The position numbers and the translations under genes are program-made. The notes beneath the pieces are model-generated. The model was not told where the DNA came from. It did no database searches and saw nothing but the letters and a program-made list of their open reading frames with translations. From Fibrobacterales bacterium (GTDB lineage Bacteria > Fibrobacterota > Fibrobacteria > Fibrobacterales > JAOPTW01), in NCBI GenBank assembly GCA_051532035.1, contig JAOPTW010000037.1:33749-97748 (forward strand): 64,000 nucleotides of DNA, in the 5' to 3' direction. Of the stretch, positions 29,683-40,900 are shown one piece after another (position 1 is the stretch's first letter; each line of letters begins with the position of its first letter).

Positions 29683-31881
29683 ATGTTTCGATTTGAATTA
29701 TTGATTACTCTGATATTTCTATTCATAAGTGTCGGAGCTACCAAAGATACGATAGAACTGAATAGGCAGGAATTGGACAATCTATTTGACATGTCAATAG
29801 AAGATCTGATGTCCATGAAAATTACATCAGCAAGTTTAAGTAATTTGAAAAAGTCACTTTCTCCTACAGATGTTATTCTTATCACTTCAAATAATATACA
29901 GCATTCTGGTGCGCGTTCGATTGATGAAGTGTTAGAAATATTTGTTCCGAGTTTTAATAAACTTATTAAAGGGAAGTTTGGTGATGCCATTGGGATTCGC
30001 GGAATTATTAGTGATAGAAATAACAAAATTCTTTTTCTCGTAAATGGTCGAATCATGAATGATAGGAGTCTGATTGGTGCATTTTCAGAAAGACAAATTA
30101 CTATGCTCGCAGATATTGAGAGAATTGAAGTAATACAAAGCCCTCAATCCGCATTGTATGGAACAGGGGCCATTAGTGGAATAGTAAGTATTTATACCAA
30201 AACGGGATCAGAGTTTAAAAAGGGGGTGGAGGTTACTTCTCATGTCGGCCTCGTAGATAGATTTCAAAATGTTCAAATAAGACACGGCAAGTCAATAAAC
30301 GATGCTATGAGTTACTCTATCTATTATGGGGTAGGCTATGCTGATGGTGCCAGTTCAAAGGATGCGCCTATTCGTATTTCTATCGATTCAGTTGATATAA
30401 ATGGTGACACAATTGTGAGTAATAAAGATATCAGCTTTTTAACAAACAACCTTAATGCATCTGGTAGAATGAGGCATAAGGCACATGCTCAATTTGAGTT
30501 TGACGACTGGAAAACCTGGGTTCGCTATGTACGAGGTGGGGGCGACTATAATTTTTCGCAACAGCAACTTTTTAAAAAGGCTGGTAAAAGTGATAGTCTC
30601 GTTGAGCATAGACTGGAGTACTCTCAATTCACAGCTCTTTCTGAATATACCCAGACCTTAGGTGACTTCTCAGTTGAAGGCCGGGTAAGTTATGATGACA
30701 TGGGGGTTGTACAGCGTTCAAAAAATAGGATAGATGTTAATTATTTAGAAAAAGAGTTGTACTCTCGAGTGCTCTTAAAGTATTCAAATAATACATTGAG
30801 TTTGGCGGTAGGACCTTCAATGTCTTATGAGTGGTTTGGTGAGCCAGCAGATGGAAATGATCAATTAGATATGGTTATAAATTCAAAATTGAAGGGCTCT
30901 CTATATGACTCAACCCAGTCAGATTCTCTGAATGAATATTCAGAGAAATGGAGTACACTCATGACTTCTGTGGTATCCGAAGCTCAATATTTGCTCTTTG
31001 ATTCATTCAAAGTATTACTCGGATTGAGGGTTGATAAGCATAGCTATACCGGTTATTTGCTTTCGCCCCGTGCCTCAATGATATGGGGGAATGATGATTT
31101 ACAAGCTCGGTTGAGCTATTCAAGGTCAAATAGAAGAACAGATGATGGTGATTTAAGGAGGGACTATTTAAATTCAGGAAAAAACGAATCCAATGATATA
31201 GAGATAATAGACTTTTATGAGGCATCAGCAAATTATAATGTGTTTAAGGGGGTGACGGTCTCTCCTTCAGTTTTTTATGGAGACTATAATGTTGTAGGAT
31301 GGGGCTGGTCAGAAAATAAATCTGTCCCAATAGGAGAATTAACCTATTGGGGAGCCGAAATAAAATTGGAGTATAGAGATAGACGAAACTACTCATATAT
31401 TTCTCATAGCTATATTATGCCCATAGACTTTATACTTGATGGTGGTGAAGAGGCTTTCCCAACAAACAATGTTTCAAATATACCCTATGGCTATGGAAAT
31501 AGTTTTCATAATTATCCGGATAATATTGTCAAACTATATACTCAATATTTTATTACTCCTGAACTGGGTATTAATGCTTCATTACAAATATTTGGTAAAC
31601 TCTATGGCGCGCAAGACGCCGTAAGTCACTCAAGTGAAATTGATAGCCCTGTTTTAAACTCATCGTATACCCATGGTTCAAACACTGCATTTGAAGCCTC
31701 GTATTATTTGAATATGGGAATGAGTTACATAGTGATTGAAGGCCTAACCATAAACGTGCATGGTTATAATCTTCTTGGAATTATTGATGACAATTGGAAC
31801 AAACGCAATGAATTCCAAAGAAATTCTCAATATAGAATTCAACCTCTTTCAGCGGCACTGCAGGTGAATTGGGGATTTTAA
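29683..31881 (+). CDS. TonB-dependent receptor
   Basis: Signal peptide, MSIEDLMSMKITSAS, plug IGIRGI...ILFLVNGR, DIERIEVIQSPQSALYGTGAISGIVSIYTK, beta-barrel, terminal Phe. Confidence 0.9.
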   Translation: MFRFELLITLIFLFISVGATKDTIELNRQELDNLFDMSIEDLMSMKITSASLSNLKKSLSPTDVILITSNNIQHSGARSIDEVLEIFVPSFNKLIKGKFGDAIGIRGIISDRNNKILFLVNGRIMNDRSLIGAFSERQITMLADIERIEVIQSPQSALYGTGAISGIVSIYTKTGSEFKKGVEVTSHVGLVDRFQNVQIRHGKSINDAMSYSIYYGVGYADGASSKDAPIRISIDSVDINGDTIVSNKDISFLTNNLNASGRMRHKAHAQFEFDDWKTWVRYVRGGGDYNFSQQQLFKKAGKSDSLVEHRLEYSQFTALSEYTQTLGDFSVEGRVSYDDMGVVQRSKNRIDVNYLEKELYSRVLLKYSNNTLSLAVGPSMSYEWFGEPADGNDQLDMVINSKLKGSLYDSTQSDSLNEYSEKWSTLMTSVVSEAQYLLFDSFKVLLGLRVDKHSYTGYLLSPRASMIWGNDDLQARLSYSRSNRRTDDGDLRRDYLNSGKNESNDIEIIDFYEASANYNVFKGVTVSPSVFYGDYNVVGWGWSENKSVPIGELTYWGAEIKLEYRDRRNYSYISHSYIMPIDFILDGGEEAFPTNNVSNIPYGYGNSFHNYPDNIVKLYTQYFITPELGINASLQIFGKLYGAQDAVSHSSEIDSPVLNSSYTHGSNTAFEASYYLNMGMSYIVIEGLTINVHGYNLLGIIDDNWNKRNEFQRNSQYRIQPLSAALQVNWGF

Positions 31882-32214
31882 CACGATTCCTGTGAGTGGT
31901 GCACGATTACCAATGATATGGCACTGTTATCGGGAGTACGCTATTCTGGTGTTGTCCCTCCTGGTGAGTAATAGGCACCTTTAATCCTTTTAATAAGGAC
32001 TACAAACAAGGAGTTTTTCTTTTGTGAGTACCTCTGTGGCGGGGAATGCAATAGGTGTTCGTATTCTATTAATGCCTATAGAGCCATAAATTCGCCAATT
32101 ATTTGTAAAATAACCCAAGTAAAGTGTCTAAATGACACTATTGGGTAAAGCATTCGTTTACAAACGACTCTTTCCGCCTAACCGAGGTATCTTTGTTACA
32201 ACTGCTGGGGGGCA

Positions 32215-33444
32215 TTGTTGATGAGAGAGACACCGAATTTGGGTACTATGCGTACTGTACGTAAAAAATCATTTTTTGATATCGCGAAACCGAAGAAAGA
32301 AGCAACATTTTTTGACCTCGATGTCGCCACATCACGGTCGTTTAAAAAGAAACCAGAACAACCTATGCACCTCGATATTGCGGTATCGTTTACTCCAGAA
32401 CAATTGAATGATCACTTGTCACTTGAGCGTCTTGATGCTCTTATCCCCAAAAAAGTGATATCTAATACTAAACCTCTGATAGAATCTATAAACTTATCTA
32501 TTCTAGGCACCCGACCTAACTCATATAAAGATGTTGTGTTAGAGAGCTATTCAGTTCTGATTGAACGGGTAAAAAGATTGTATACTGATATACTTAAGCA
32601 GAAAGAAACTACAGCACAGCCAGCCTTTGAAATTATCGATACCATTATTAAAGTTTTTGTGAGTGACCGTAATATCATGCTCAATCTCTGTAATCTAGAG
32701 ACCAAAGATGATCACCTCTATCAGCATGTTGTTAAGATGGCTATATATTCAGTGAATATTGCTATTGCAATGGGTTGCTCAAAAGAAGAGATTAGAGAAA
32801 TTGGTGTGGGAGCTCTCATGTCTGATATTGGAATGGCAGCCATAGCGAAGCGTATTCGTAATTTTAAGGGTACCTACACAAAAGAAGAACTGTATTATGT
32901 GAGAAAACACCCGATATTCTCTGCAAACATAATTGAGTCACTCGAGGGTTTTCCGGTTACTACCGCCATTATCGCCTATCAAACCCATGAGCGATCAAAT
33001 GGCAAAGGATATCCGCGCAACAAGAGAGAGAATACCATTCACCGGTTTTCAAAAATTGTCGCCCTCGCAGATGTCTATACAGCTCTTTCGAGTAAACGTC
33101 CCCATCGTCAAGCATACCGACCTTTTGAAGCGGTTCGCATGATTATTAGTATGGCAGACAAAGGGTGGTTTTCCAAAGAGGTTGTACAAGGTCTTCTGTC
33201 GTTTAGTTCACTCTTTCCTGTTGGTTCAATAGTAAAACTCAATACCAATGCCTATGGTAAGGTGGTCTCGGCAAGCGGTAAGTCTATCGCGGCGCCAGTA
33301 GTGGTCATTTTTACGGATAAAGAGGGGTATCGACTGGTACCTAAACAGTTTACAACAACTGATTTGAGTGTGAATTCTTCAATAAAAATTATTGGCACCA
33401 AAGATAATCAATTTTTAGCGACTGCTGCTATGGTAGGATTTTAG
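32215..33444 (+). CDS. HD-GYP domain protein with degenerate metal site
   Basis: HLYQH, GALMSDIG (SD in place of HD), HP, THERSNGKGYP, ADVYTAL, FPVGSIVKL. Start uncertain (TTG 32215, ATG 32221 or ATG 32248). Confidence 0.85.
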   Translation: MLMRETPNLGTMRTVRKKSFFDIAKPKKEATFFDLDVATSRSFKKKPEQPMHLDIAVSFTPEQLNDHLSLERLDALIPKKVISNTKPLIESINLSILGTRPNSYKDVVLESYSVLIERVKRLYTDILKQKETTAQPAFEIIDTIIKVFVSDRNIMLNLCNLETKDDHLYQHVVKMAIYSVNIAIAMGCSKEEIREIGVGALMSDIGMAAIAKRIRNFKGTYTKEELYYVRKHPIFSANIIESLEGFPVTTAIIAYQTHERSNGKGYPRNKRENTIHRFSKIVALADVYTALSSKRPHRQAYRPFEAVRMIISMADKGWFSKEVVQGLLSFSSLFPVGSIVKLNTNAYGKVVSASGKSIAAPVVVIFTDKEGYRLVPKQFTTTDLSVNSSIKIIGTKDNQFLATAAMVGF

Positions 33445-33603
33445 ATACTATACTTACATACACTGGCATGGTATAATTGTCGTACACAGTCACATAGAGA
33501 ACATACTTGTTAAGAAATGTAAACGATGAAAGTACAAAAATAGGTACAATCTATGATTAAGGTGATTTGAACTCTAATCTATAGTAAGCTGCAAAAGGAC
33601 TTA

Positions 33604-34689
33604 GTGGATTTTACTCAATATTATTCAAACTCTTACTCTGAGGCACGGAAGAAATTTTTAAAATTCTCAACAGAGGTGGGGGCAATTGTTTCTAGTGTGG
33701 AGCATTCTGAGCTAGGGCCTAATGGAGAAAAGTTATATGCAGATTACTCACTGGTAGGTGATCCTCAAGCGAAAAAGGGGTTATTACTTTTTTCAGGAAC
33801 ACATGGTGTTGAAGGCTTTGCTGGTTCTGCCATTCAATTAGCTATATTAAAAGTTTTTCGGCAAAACCCACTGAAGGGTGCTGTCAAAATGATCTTTGTT
33901 CACGGGGTTAATCCATATGGAATGGCTTATGGGAGAAGAGCTGATCACCAAAATATTGATGTAAATAGAAATTTTGTCGATTTTTCAAATGAGCTGTCTC
34001 GTAACATACCCTATGGCTCCTTAGCTTGTTCAATTGCTCCAAGGAATATGTCGATTCTTTCTGAAATAGTCGCTTGGAGTAAGTTATTGCTGTATAGGGC
34101 TACACAGGGTAGGCTCAAATCGCAGCACGCTTTACAAAAAGGTCAACGCTCACATGAGCGTGGACTCTTTTTTGGGGGGACTAAACCAAGTTGGTCTCAC
34201 AGGGTATTAAAAAAAATCCTCAATGATCACAAAGGGGGCATTGAAAATTTGGTAGTGATAGATATTCATACTGGCCTTGGACCATATGGGGAAAGAAATC
34301 TATTTTCTGGAGCTTCTGATCACTCTGAGGAAGCAAAAAATGCTCGCCATATATGGAGTAACAAGTTTATTCAATGCGTTGATCAACATTCTAATACCCT
34401 AGAAGAACTCCCGGGAACTACTCGAGAATGTGTATTAGAAATTTTTCCTAAAAGTAACGTAACTGTAGTAACAATGGAATTTGGGACCTATAATCCCATT
34501 AAAGTATTTCGTGCACTGCGTAATGAAAATTGGGCTCATCATCATGCTGATGCAGATAGTCGTGTATATAGGGAGTCAAAAAAGAAGTTGTTAGACTGTT
34601 TTTACCCTAATGATTTAGAGTGGAAACAATCTGTTTGTGACGCTGGTTTGTCAACTATTCAACAGGCTTTAAATGTGTTAGGCCGTTAG
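33604..34689 (+). CDS. DUF2817 / M14-like zinc metallopeptidase or deacylase
   Basis: SGTHGVEG (HxxE), NPYG, DVNRNF, DIHTGLG, EFGT; AAGGA RBS before GTG. Confidence 0.82.
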   Translation: MDFTQYYSNSYSEARKKFLKFSTEVGAIVSSVEHSELGPNGEKLYADYSLVGDPQAKKGLLLFSGTHGVEGFAGSAIQLAILKVFRQNPLKGAVKMIFVHGVNPYGMAYGRRADHQNIDVNRNFVDFSNELSRNIPYGSLACSIAPRNMSILSEIVAWSKLLLYRATQGRLKSQHALQKGQRSHERGLFFGGTKPSWSHRVLKKILNDHKGGIENLVVIDIHTGLGPYGERNLFSGASDHSEEAKNARHIWSNKFIQCVDQHSNTLEELPGTTRECVLEIFPKSNVTVVTMEFGTYNPIKVFRALRNENWAHHHADADSRVYRESKKKLLDCFYPNDLEWKQSVCDAGLSTIQQALNVLGR

Positions 34690-34911
34690 GTTTTACACAA
34701 TTATTACATGTCCTGATTAAATTTGAACAAAACTATTCGGAAACACGAGTATAGACGGGTATAAATTACCCCTGAATCATCTCTTATTAATTCCAATTAT
34801 ACTTTTACGCTGTTTGGTGTAATATGTATCTGTGTAGAGATCTAATAGCCTACTGTTATTTATAACTTTGCTGGTCTTGGGAGATAGCGTACGCTATTAC
34901 AAATACATTTT

Positions 34912-37900
34912 ATGGGATTGAATATGAAAAATATGCAGATGGCTATTGTCGGAATGAGTTGTAGATTGCCTGGTGGAGTGAATTCACCTGATGAATTATG
35001 GGAACTATTGAAAAATAAGAAAGACTCAATTTCAGAAATACCTTCTGACCGGTGGAACCCTGAAAATTATTTTCATAAAGAACAATCAGGGAAATCCTAT
35101 TCAAAATGGGGTGGATTTATTGATTCAATAAATACCTTCGACCCGAGCTTTTTTGGGATATCACCAAGAGAAGCTCTGGGGATGGACCCGCAGCAAAGGT
35201 TGTTATTGGAACTTGCTTGGGAAGCAATGGAAGACTCAGGTACTCTCCCAAAAGATCTTGAAAATAGTAATACTGGGGTGTATGTTGGAATATCAAGTCA
35301 TGATTATTGTGATTTGCAAACGGCACATGAAGCACAAAGTTCTATCGATGCGTATACCCAAACAGGGAATTGTAACAGTATTGCTGCAAACCGCATTTCC
35401 TATATATTTAATTTTAAGGGTCCCAGTTTAGCAATAGACACTGCTTGTTCCTCATCACTCGTTGCCCTTGACTCTGCAGTAAAAGACCTTACCCTCGGTG
35501 TGTGTGATACCGCTCTTGTTGCTGGTGTTCAGGTGTTATTACGACCCGAAGTATTTACTGGCTTTTCAATGGCCTCTATGTTGTCTCCTACAGGGCGCTG
35601 TCACAGTTTTAGTAATGATGCAGATGGGTTTGTGAGAGCCGAAGGTGGCGGAGTTGTCTTATTAAAACCATTAGAAAAAGCGATTGCAGATGGTGACACT
35701 ATTCATGCCGTAGTGTGTGCGAGTGGAACGAACCAAGATGGTAAAACGAAAGGGATGACGGTACCAAGTCAAGACTCTCAAATGAAATTGATAGAAGAGA
35801 CGTGTGCGCGAGCAGGTATTGAACCACACCTCGTTCAATATGTTGAAGCACATGGTACGGGAACAAAAGTTGGTGACCCCATTGAAGCAAATTCTATCGG
35901 CACCGTGATTGGGAAAAAACGTACCAGCAATCGTATCAGCAATTGTATTATGGGGTCTATAAAAAGTAATGTGGGGCACCTTGAACCAGCATCGGGTATG
36001 GCTGGACTCTTAAAGACTGTTGTTGCTTTAAAACATGCTGAAATTCCAGCAAATATTCATGCAGAACAATTGAATGAAGATATTGATTTCGCAGGGCTTG
36101 GATTAACAGTACCGACCGAACATATGATGTGGCCTGAAAATGAAGATGGAAAACCGCGCTATGCAGGTATAAACTCCTTTGGTTTTGGTGGTGCAAATGC
36201 GCATGTAATAGTTTCTGAAGCGCCAGCCGTCGCAAGCACTAAGGCGCAATCAGATAGTGTAAATCAAAAAGTATTGACCATTTCCTCTCAGTCAAGTCAA
36301 GCGTTGCGGTTAAATGCAATTGCCTATCGAGATGCATTGGAATCCATGAGTAACGAAGAATCTGCATCGATTAGTTTAGCGGATATTGCCTACTCGGCAA
36401 ATTGTAAGAAAACACACCACAAAGAACGAATTGCTGTTATTGGATCTTCAATTGAAGAATGGTGTGAAAACCTTTCTCAATATATTGATAATGAAGCGGT
36501 AGATTCAGTTGTAGAATCAAAAGAGACATCGAAACCTCATCCTATTGTCTATGTGTTCTCGGGAATGGGACAACAATGGGCTGGTATGGCGAAAGGTCTT
36601 TTAGAGTCAGAACCTGTATTTGCTCAAATGATTGCACGGTGCGATAAAGAATTATCAAAATATGTTGAGTGGTCTCTTTCGGAAGAACTATTAAAAGATA
36701 CAGAATATACCCTCGTTGATAAAACCTATATTGCACAACCGTTAATTTTTAGTATACAAGTTTCGTTAAGTGCCTTATTAGAATCGTGGGGAATACTCCC
36801 AAATAAAATTGTAGGGCATAGTGTTGGAGAAGTTGCTGCAGCATATGTGTCGGGAGTACTCACGTTTGAAGATGCCATTCAGGTTATTTATCACCGGTCG
36901 CGTTTACAAAATAAAGCAGCAGGAACAGGCTCAATGCTTGCACTCGGTATTAGTGAAACAGAGGTGAATGATTATTTACTCAGTGAATACACTGGTGTGA
37001 GTATCGCTGCGATTAACAGTTCAAGTTCAGTTACCCTTGCTGGTGACACTGATCAGCTGACCCTTATTGCAGAGGCTGCTCAAAGCAATGATGTTTTTAA
37101 CCGCTTTTTAAAAGTTGATGTTCCTTACCATAGTCCAGGTATGGATCCGTACATGGAAGAGCTTACCATTGCCTTAGAAGAGTTAGATCCAAATGCTGCT
37201 CGTGTGGAACTCTATTCTACGGTACTCGGTAGTCAGATTACCGGTTTTGAAATGGATGGGGATTATTGGGCTGATAATATGAGAGAGCCGGTATTATTTA
37301 AAAAATCCATTGAAGAGATGGCGCATGATGGGGCGGCAACATTTTTAGAAATAAGTGCACATCCAGTGTTAATGACTTCTCTTAAAGAAATATTAAGCGA
37401 GAGTACTTTTGAACACTGTATCGAACGTTCACTCTATCGTAATAAAGATAATACCCATCAGGTGCAATTAATGATATCTACTCTGTATGTCATGGGGTAT
37501 TCTCTTGATTGGAAATTGATTACCGGTGAAGGTTCATTTATTAATTTGCCCCGCTACCAATTTAATCGTGAAGTATATTGGAAAGAGCCAGAAATAATTA
37601 ACACTAAAAGAATTCAGAAAAATATTCGACCATTGTTAGGGTATAAGGAGCATACAAACTGGATTGAATTTGCCTTTGATATCAATAGTCATTCGGTTCC
37701 TTGGTTGCCGCACCATAAAATACAAGAGAAAACGGTAGTACCTGCAGCTGCATATATTGAGACCATTCTAGAATCAATGTCAGAATCAATATCTGATAAA
37801 AATGATACACAATCATTTGCTTTGAATAACGTTGCGTTTAATAGAACACTTACCATTGATACCGTGGTTCCCAAAAAAGTTAAAATAGTATTGTTAGAGG

Positions 37901-40900
37901 ACCCACAATCATTTGAGATAATGAGTGCGACTTCTGGAGAAGAAGAGAAGTGGACAACTCATTCTGTGGGGAGTTACGAATATATGTCTCGGGCTCATTC
38001 TTTAGATTCAATTTCTCACGAATCTATTTTAAAGCGGTGTACTACATCTGTAGACGTTAATGAGATATATAACGAATTTGATCTCATGGGTTTAGGATAT
38101 ACGGACCACTTTAAAAGCATTAAGGCTTTGTGGAGTGGTGCTAATGAATCAATTGCTAAATTATCATTACCAGGTGACGCCCAACAGGGAAGTGGATATG
38201 TATTGCACCCCGCTCTACTCGACGGGGCATTTCAGTCATTAATAGCTTGTATTCCAAAAAGCAGTTCAGGGAGATCACAAAGTTTGTTACCGGTGTTTCT
38301 TGAAAAAATACGGGTGTATCCAAAGAATATTGGAAATATGATGTATTGCAATGGTTCTATTGTAACTACTTCACCCAAAGGATACACCGGTGATATTGTT
38401 CTCTTTAATGAACACAATGTGATAGTTGCTGAAATTATTGGTCTGAGATTGCATGCCGTAGAAAATATTCAGTCACATGAATCTACAAAAAATATAGATG
38501 CTTTTGAATATGTATGGCAGTCGATCAATGGCCAAGAATCAATCGATGGATCTACTGATACGTGTACCGATATATTCTCTCGGTTTAAATATGAAAAATC
38601 TCAATATGGTGCTCGTTTTAACAGAGATACCTACTATTCTGATGTGTCGACAGTATTAAATGAGCTGTCTCTCGGTTTTATGTATCGGGCGTTATGTCGT
38701 ATTGGTTTATCAAAAATAGATGAGATTGATGTAGAAGGGCATTCTCTTATTAATCACCTCTCACCTCATGTAGAAAGCCTATTGAATCGGTGTTTGACTC
38801 TTTTGGAGGAGCGAGGATACCTTGAAAAGAATTCAGAAGAAGGGGTGTACCGGTTAATTAATGAATTAGATGTGTCTACTCTGAATGCGCAGTGGAATAG
38901 TGCACTAGAAAAGTATCCATCGTACCTTGCCGAGTTAACACTCATTGCTCATTGTGGAGATACATTAGGATGTATATTTAATGATACCATAGATCCTGTA
39001 AAATCTATGTTCCCTCAAATGAGTAATTCATTAGAACACTTGTATCAAGATTCACCATCGTCAAAAGTGTATAATCAAATAACCCGCCAAGCTATTTTAG
39101 AAATGGTAGCTCAGTATCCAAAAGAAAAAAAGATTCGTATACTTGAAATAGGGGCTGGTTCAGGAGGGTTTACTTCTTCGATAATTGATGCGCTTCCGCA
39201 AGAGCGTACAGAGTATCATTTTACTGATGTAAGTGAAGACCTGCTCAATGAAGCGAAACTTAAATTTCATGATAAAGGGTGCATATCTTTTAGTCTGCTG
39301 GATATCGAACGAGAAATATCAGAAGATAACAATGAGAAACAGCTCGGGATATATGATATTATAATATCCTATGATATCCTTCATGCGACTCAAAATATTT
39401 CATCTACTATTTCTCATATTAAACAATTAATGAATCCATCTGCCGCTCTATTTCTTATTGAGCTTACCGAGAAAGAACCCTGGCTTGATTTAGTGTTTGG
39501 TACGTTGCCTGGCTGGTGGCGGTTTAACGATCAACGGGTAGAGAGCAATCATCCGCTATTATCAGAGGATGAATGGAATGACCTTTTAAAGGCTGAAGGG
39601 TTTCACTCAGTTGTGTCGTTTAATGATGATGTAATAGGCAATAAGGGTTTCCAATCGGTTATTTGTGCGCAAGGAGTTCCGGTAGCTCTCACAGAAAAAC
39701 AATCTAATTCAGAATCAGAAAAAATAGTCATTACTGGCAGCTGTATCTGCATCTCTGATTCGGGTGAGCAGCATTCTACTCTGATTACAGCAATTGAGTC
39801 ACAGTATGATTCAGTTATAATTATTGACTCAAAAAAATATGTAGACGCATCTATTTCAGATCAATTGTCTGAACACCTTCTCAACACTACTGATTGTAGC
39901 GATGTTATCTATTTGGTATCAAATGATATTGAAAATGATCAGTATTTTGCGACACAAAAAATACAGCTACTCACGCTATTAGATTGCATAAAGAGTATCA
40001 GTAGTAGTGCCATAGAACAACCCTCTTTAAGAGTAGTTACTCGGGGTGTGTGGAAGGTCGCAGAAGATAGTTCTTGTAATCCAATGCATGCAGGACTGTG
40101 GGGGTTGTGTAGAGTTGCAATGAATGAGTATTCAGGTCAACACATATCATTGGTTGATCTATCAGAAAAGATTGCTCCCGAAGAAATAGAGCAATTCCTA
40201 ACGCTTCTACAAAATGGATCAGGAGAAGATGAAATTGCTATTCGCGGTACTGCACAGTATCAACATAGAATTAAAAAAGTCGCGAAGACGGCAGTGGCCA
40301 TTGCATCCAGTGCCCCGTTTACTATGGGGATTGACAAAGTGGGGAGTATTGATAACGTAGTATTCAATCAAGTAGCACGTGAAAAACCATATGATACTGA
40401 AGTTGAAATCGAAGTAAAAGCAGTAGCACTTAACTTTAAGGATATAGCAAAAACTATCGGACTTTTATCCGAAGATACAATGATGGGGACAGCATCTGGC
40501 TTCAATCTTGGACTTGAATGTGCTGGTGTTGTGACGTCAGTGGGAATGGATGTAACTGACTATTCTGTCGGTGATCATGTAATTGCACTATTGCCGCGGA
40601 AAGGTATTGGGAAATATTCACTGTGTAATGCGAAGCAAGTATACAGAAAACCAAATAATATAACCTTTGAAGAAGCTGTTACGATTCCTGTAGTGTATTT
40701 TACTGCTTATTATGCCTTAAATAAATTGGCGCAATTAGAGGAGGGTGAGTCGGTGCTAATCCATGCAGGCGCAGGAGGAGTTGGACTTGCGGCAATAAAA
40801 ATTGCGCTTCAAAAAAAGTGTATTGTATATGCTACTGCAGGGAGTCCTGTTAAAAGAGATTTACTGAGGGCACTTGGGGTGCATGTTGTTCTCGATTCAA

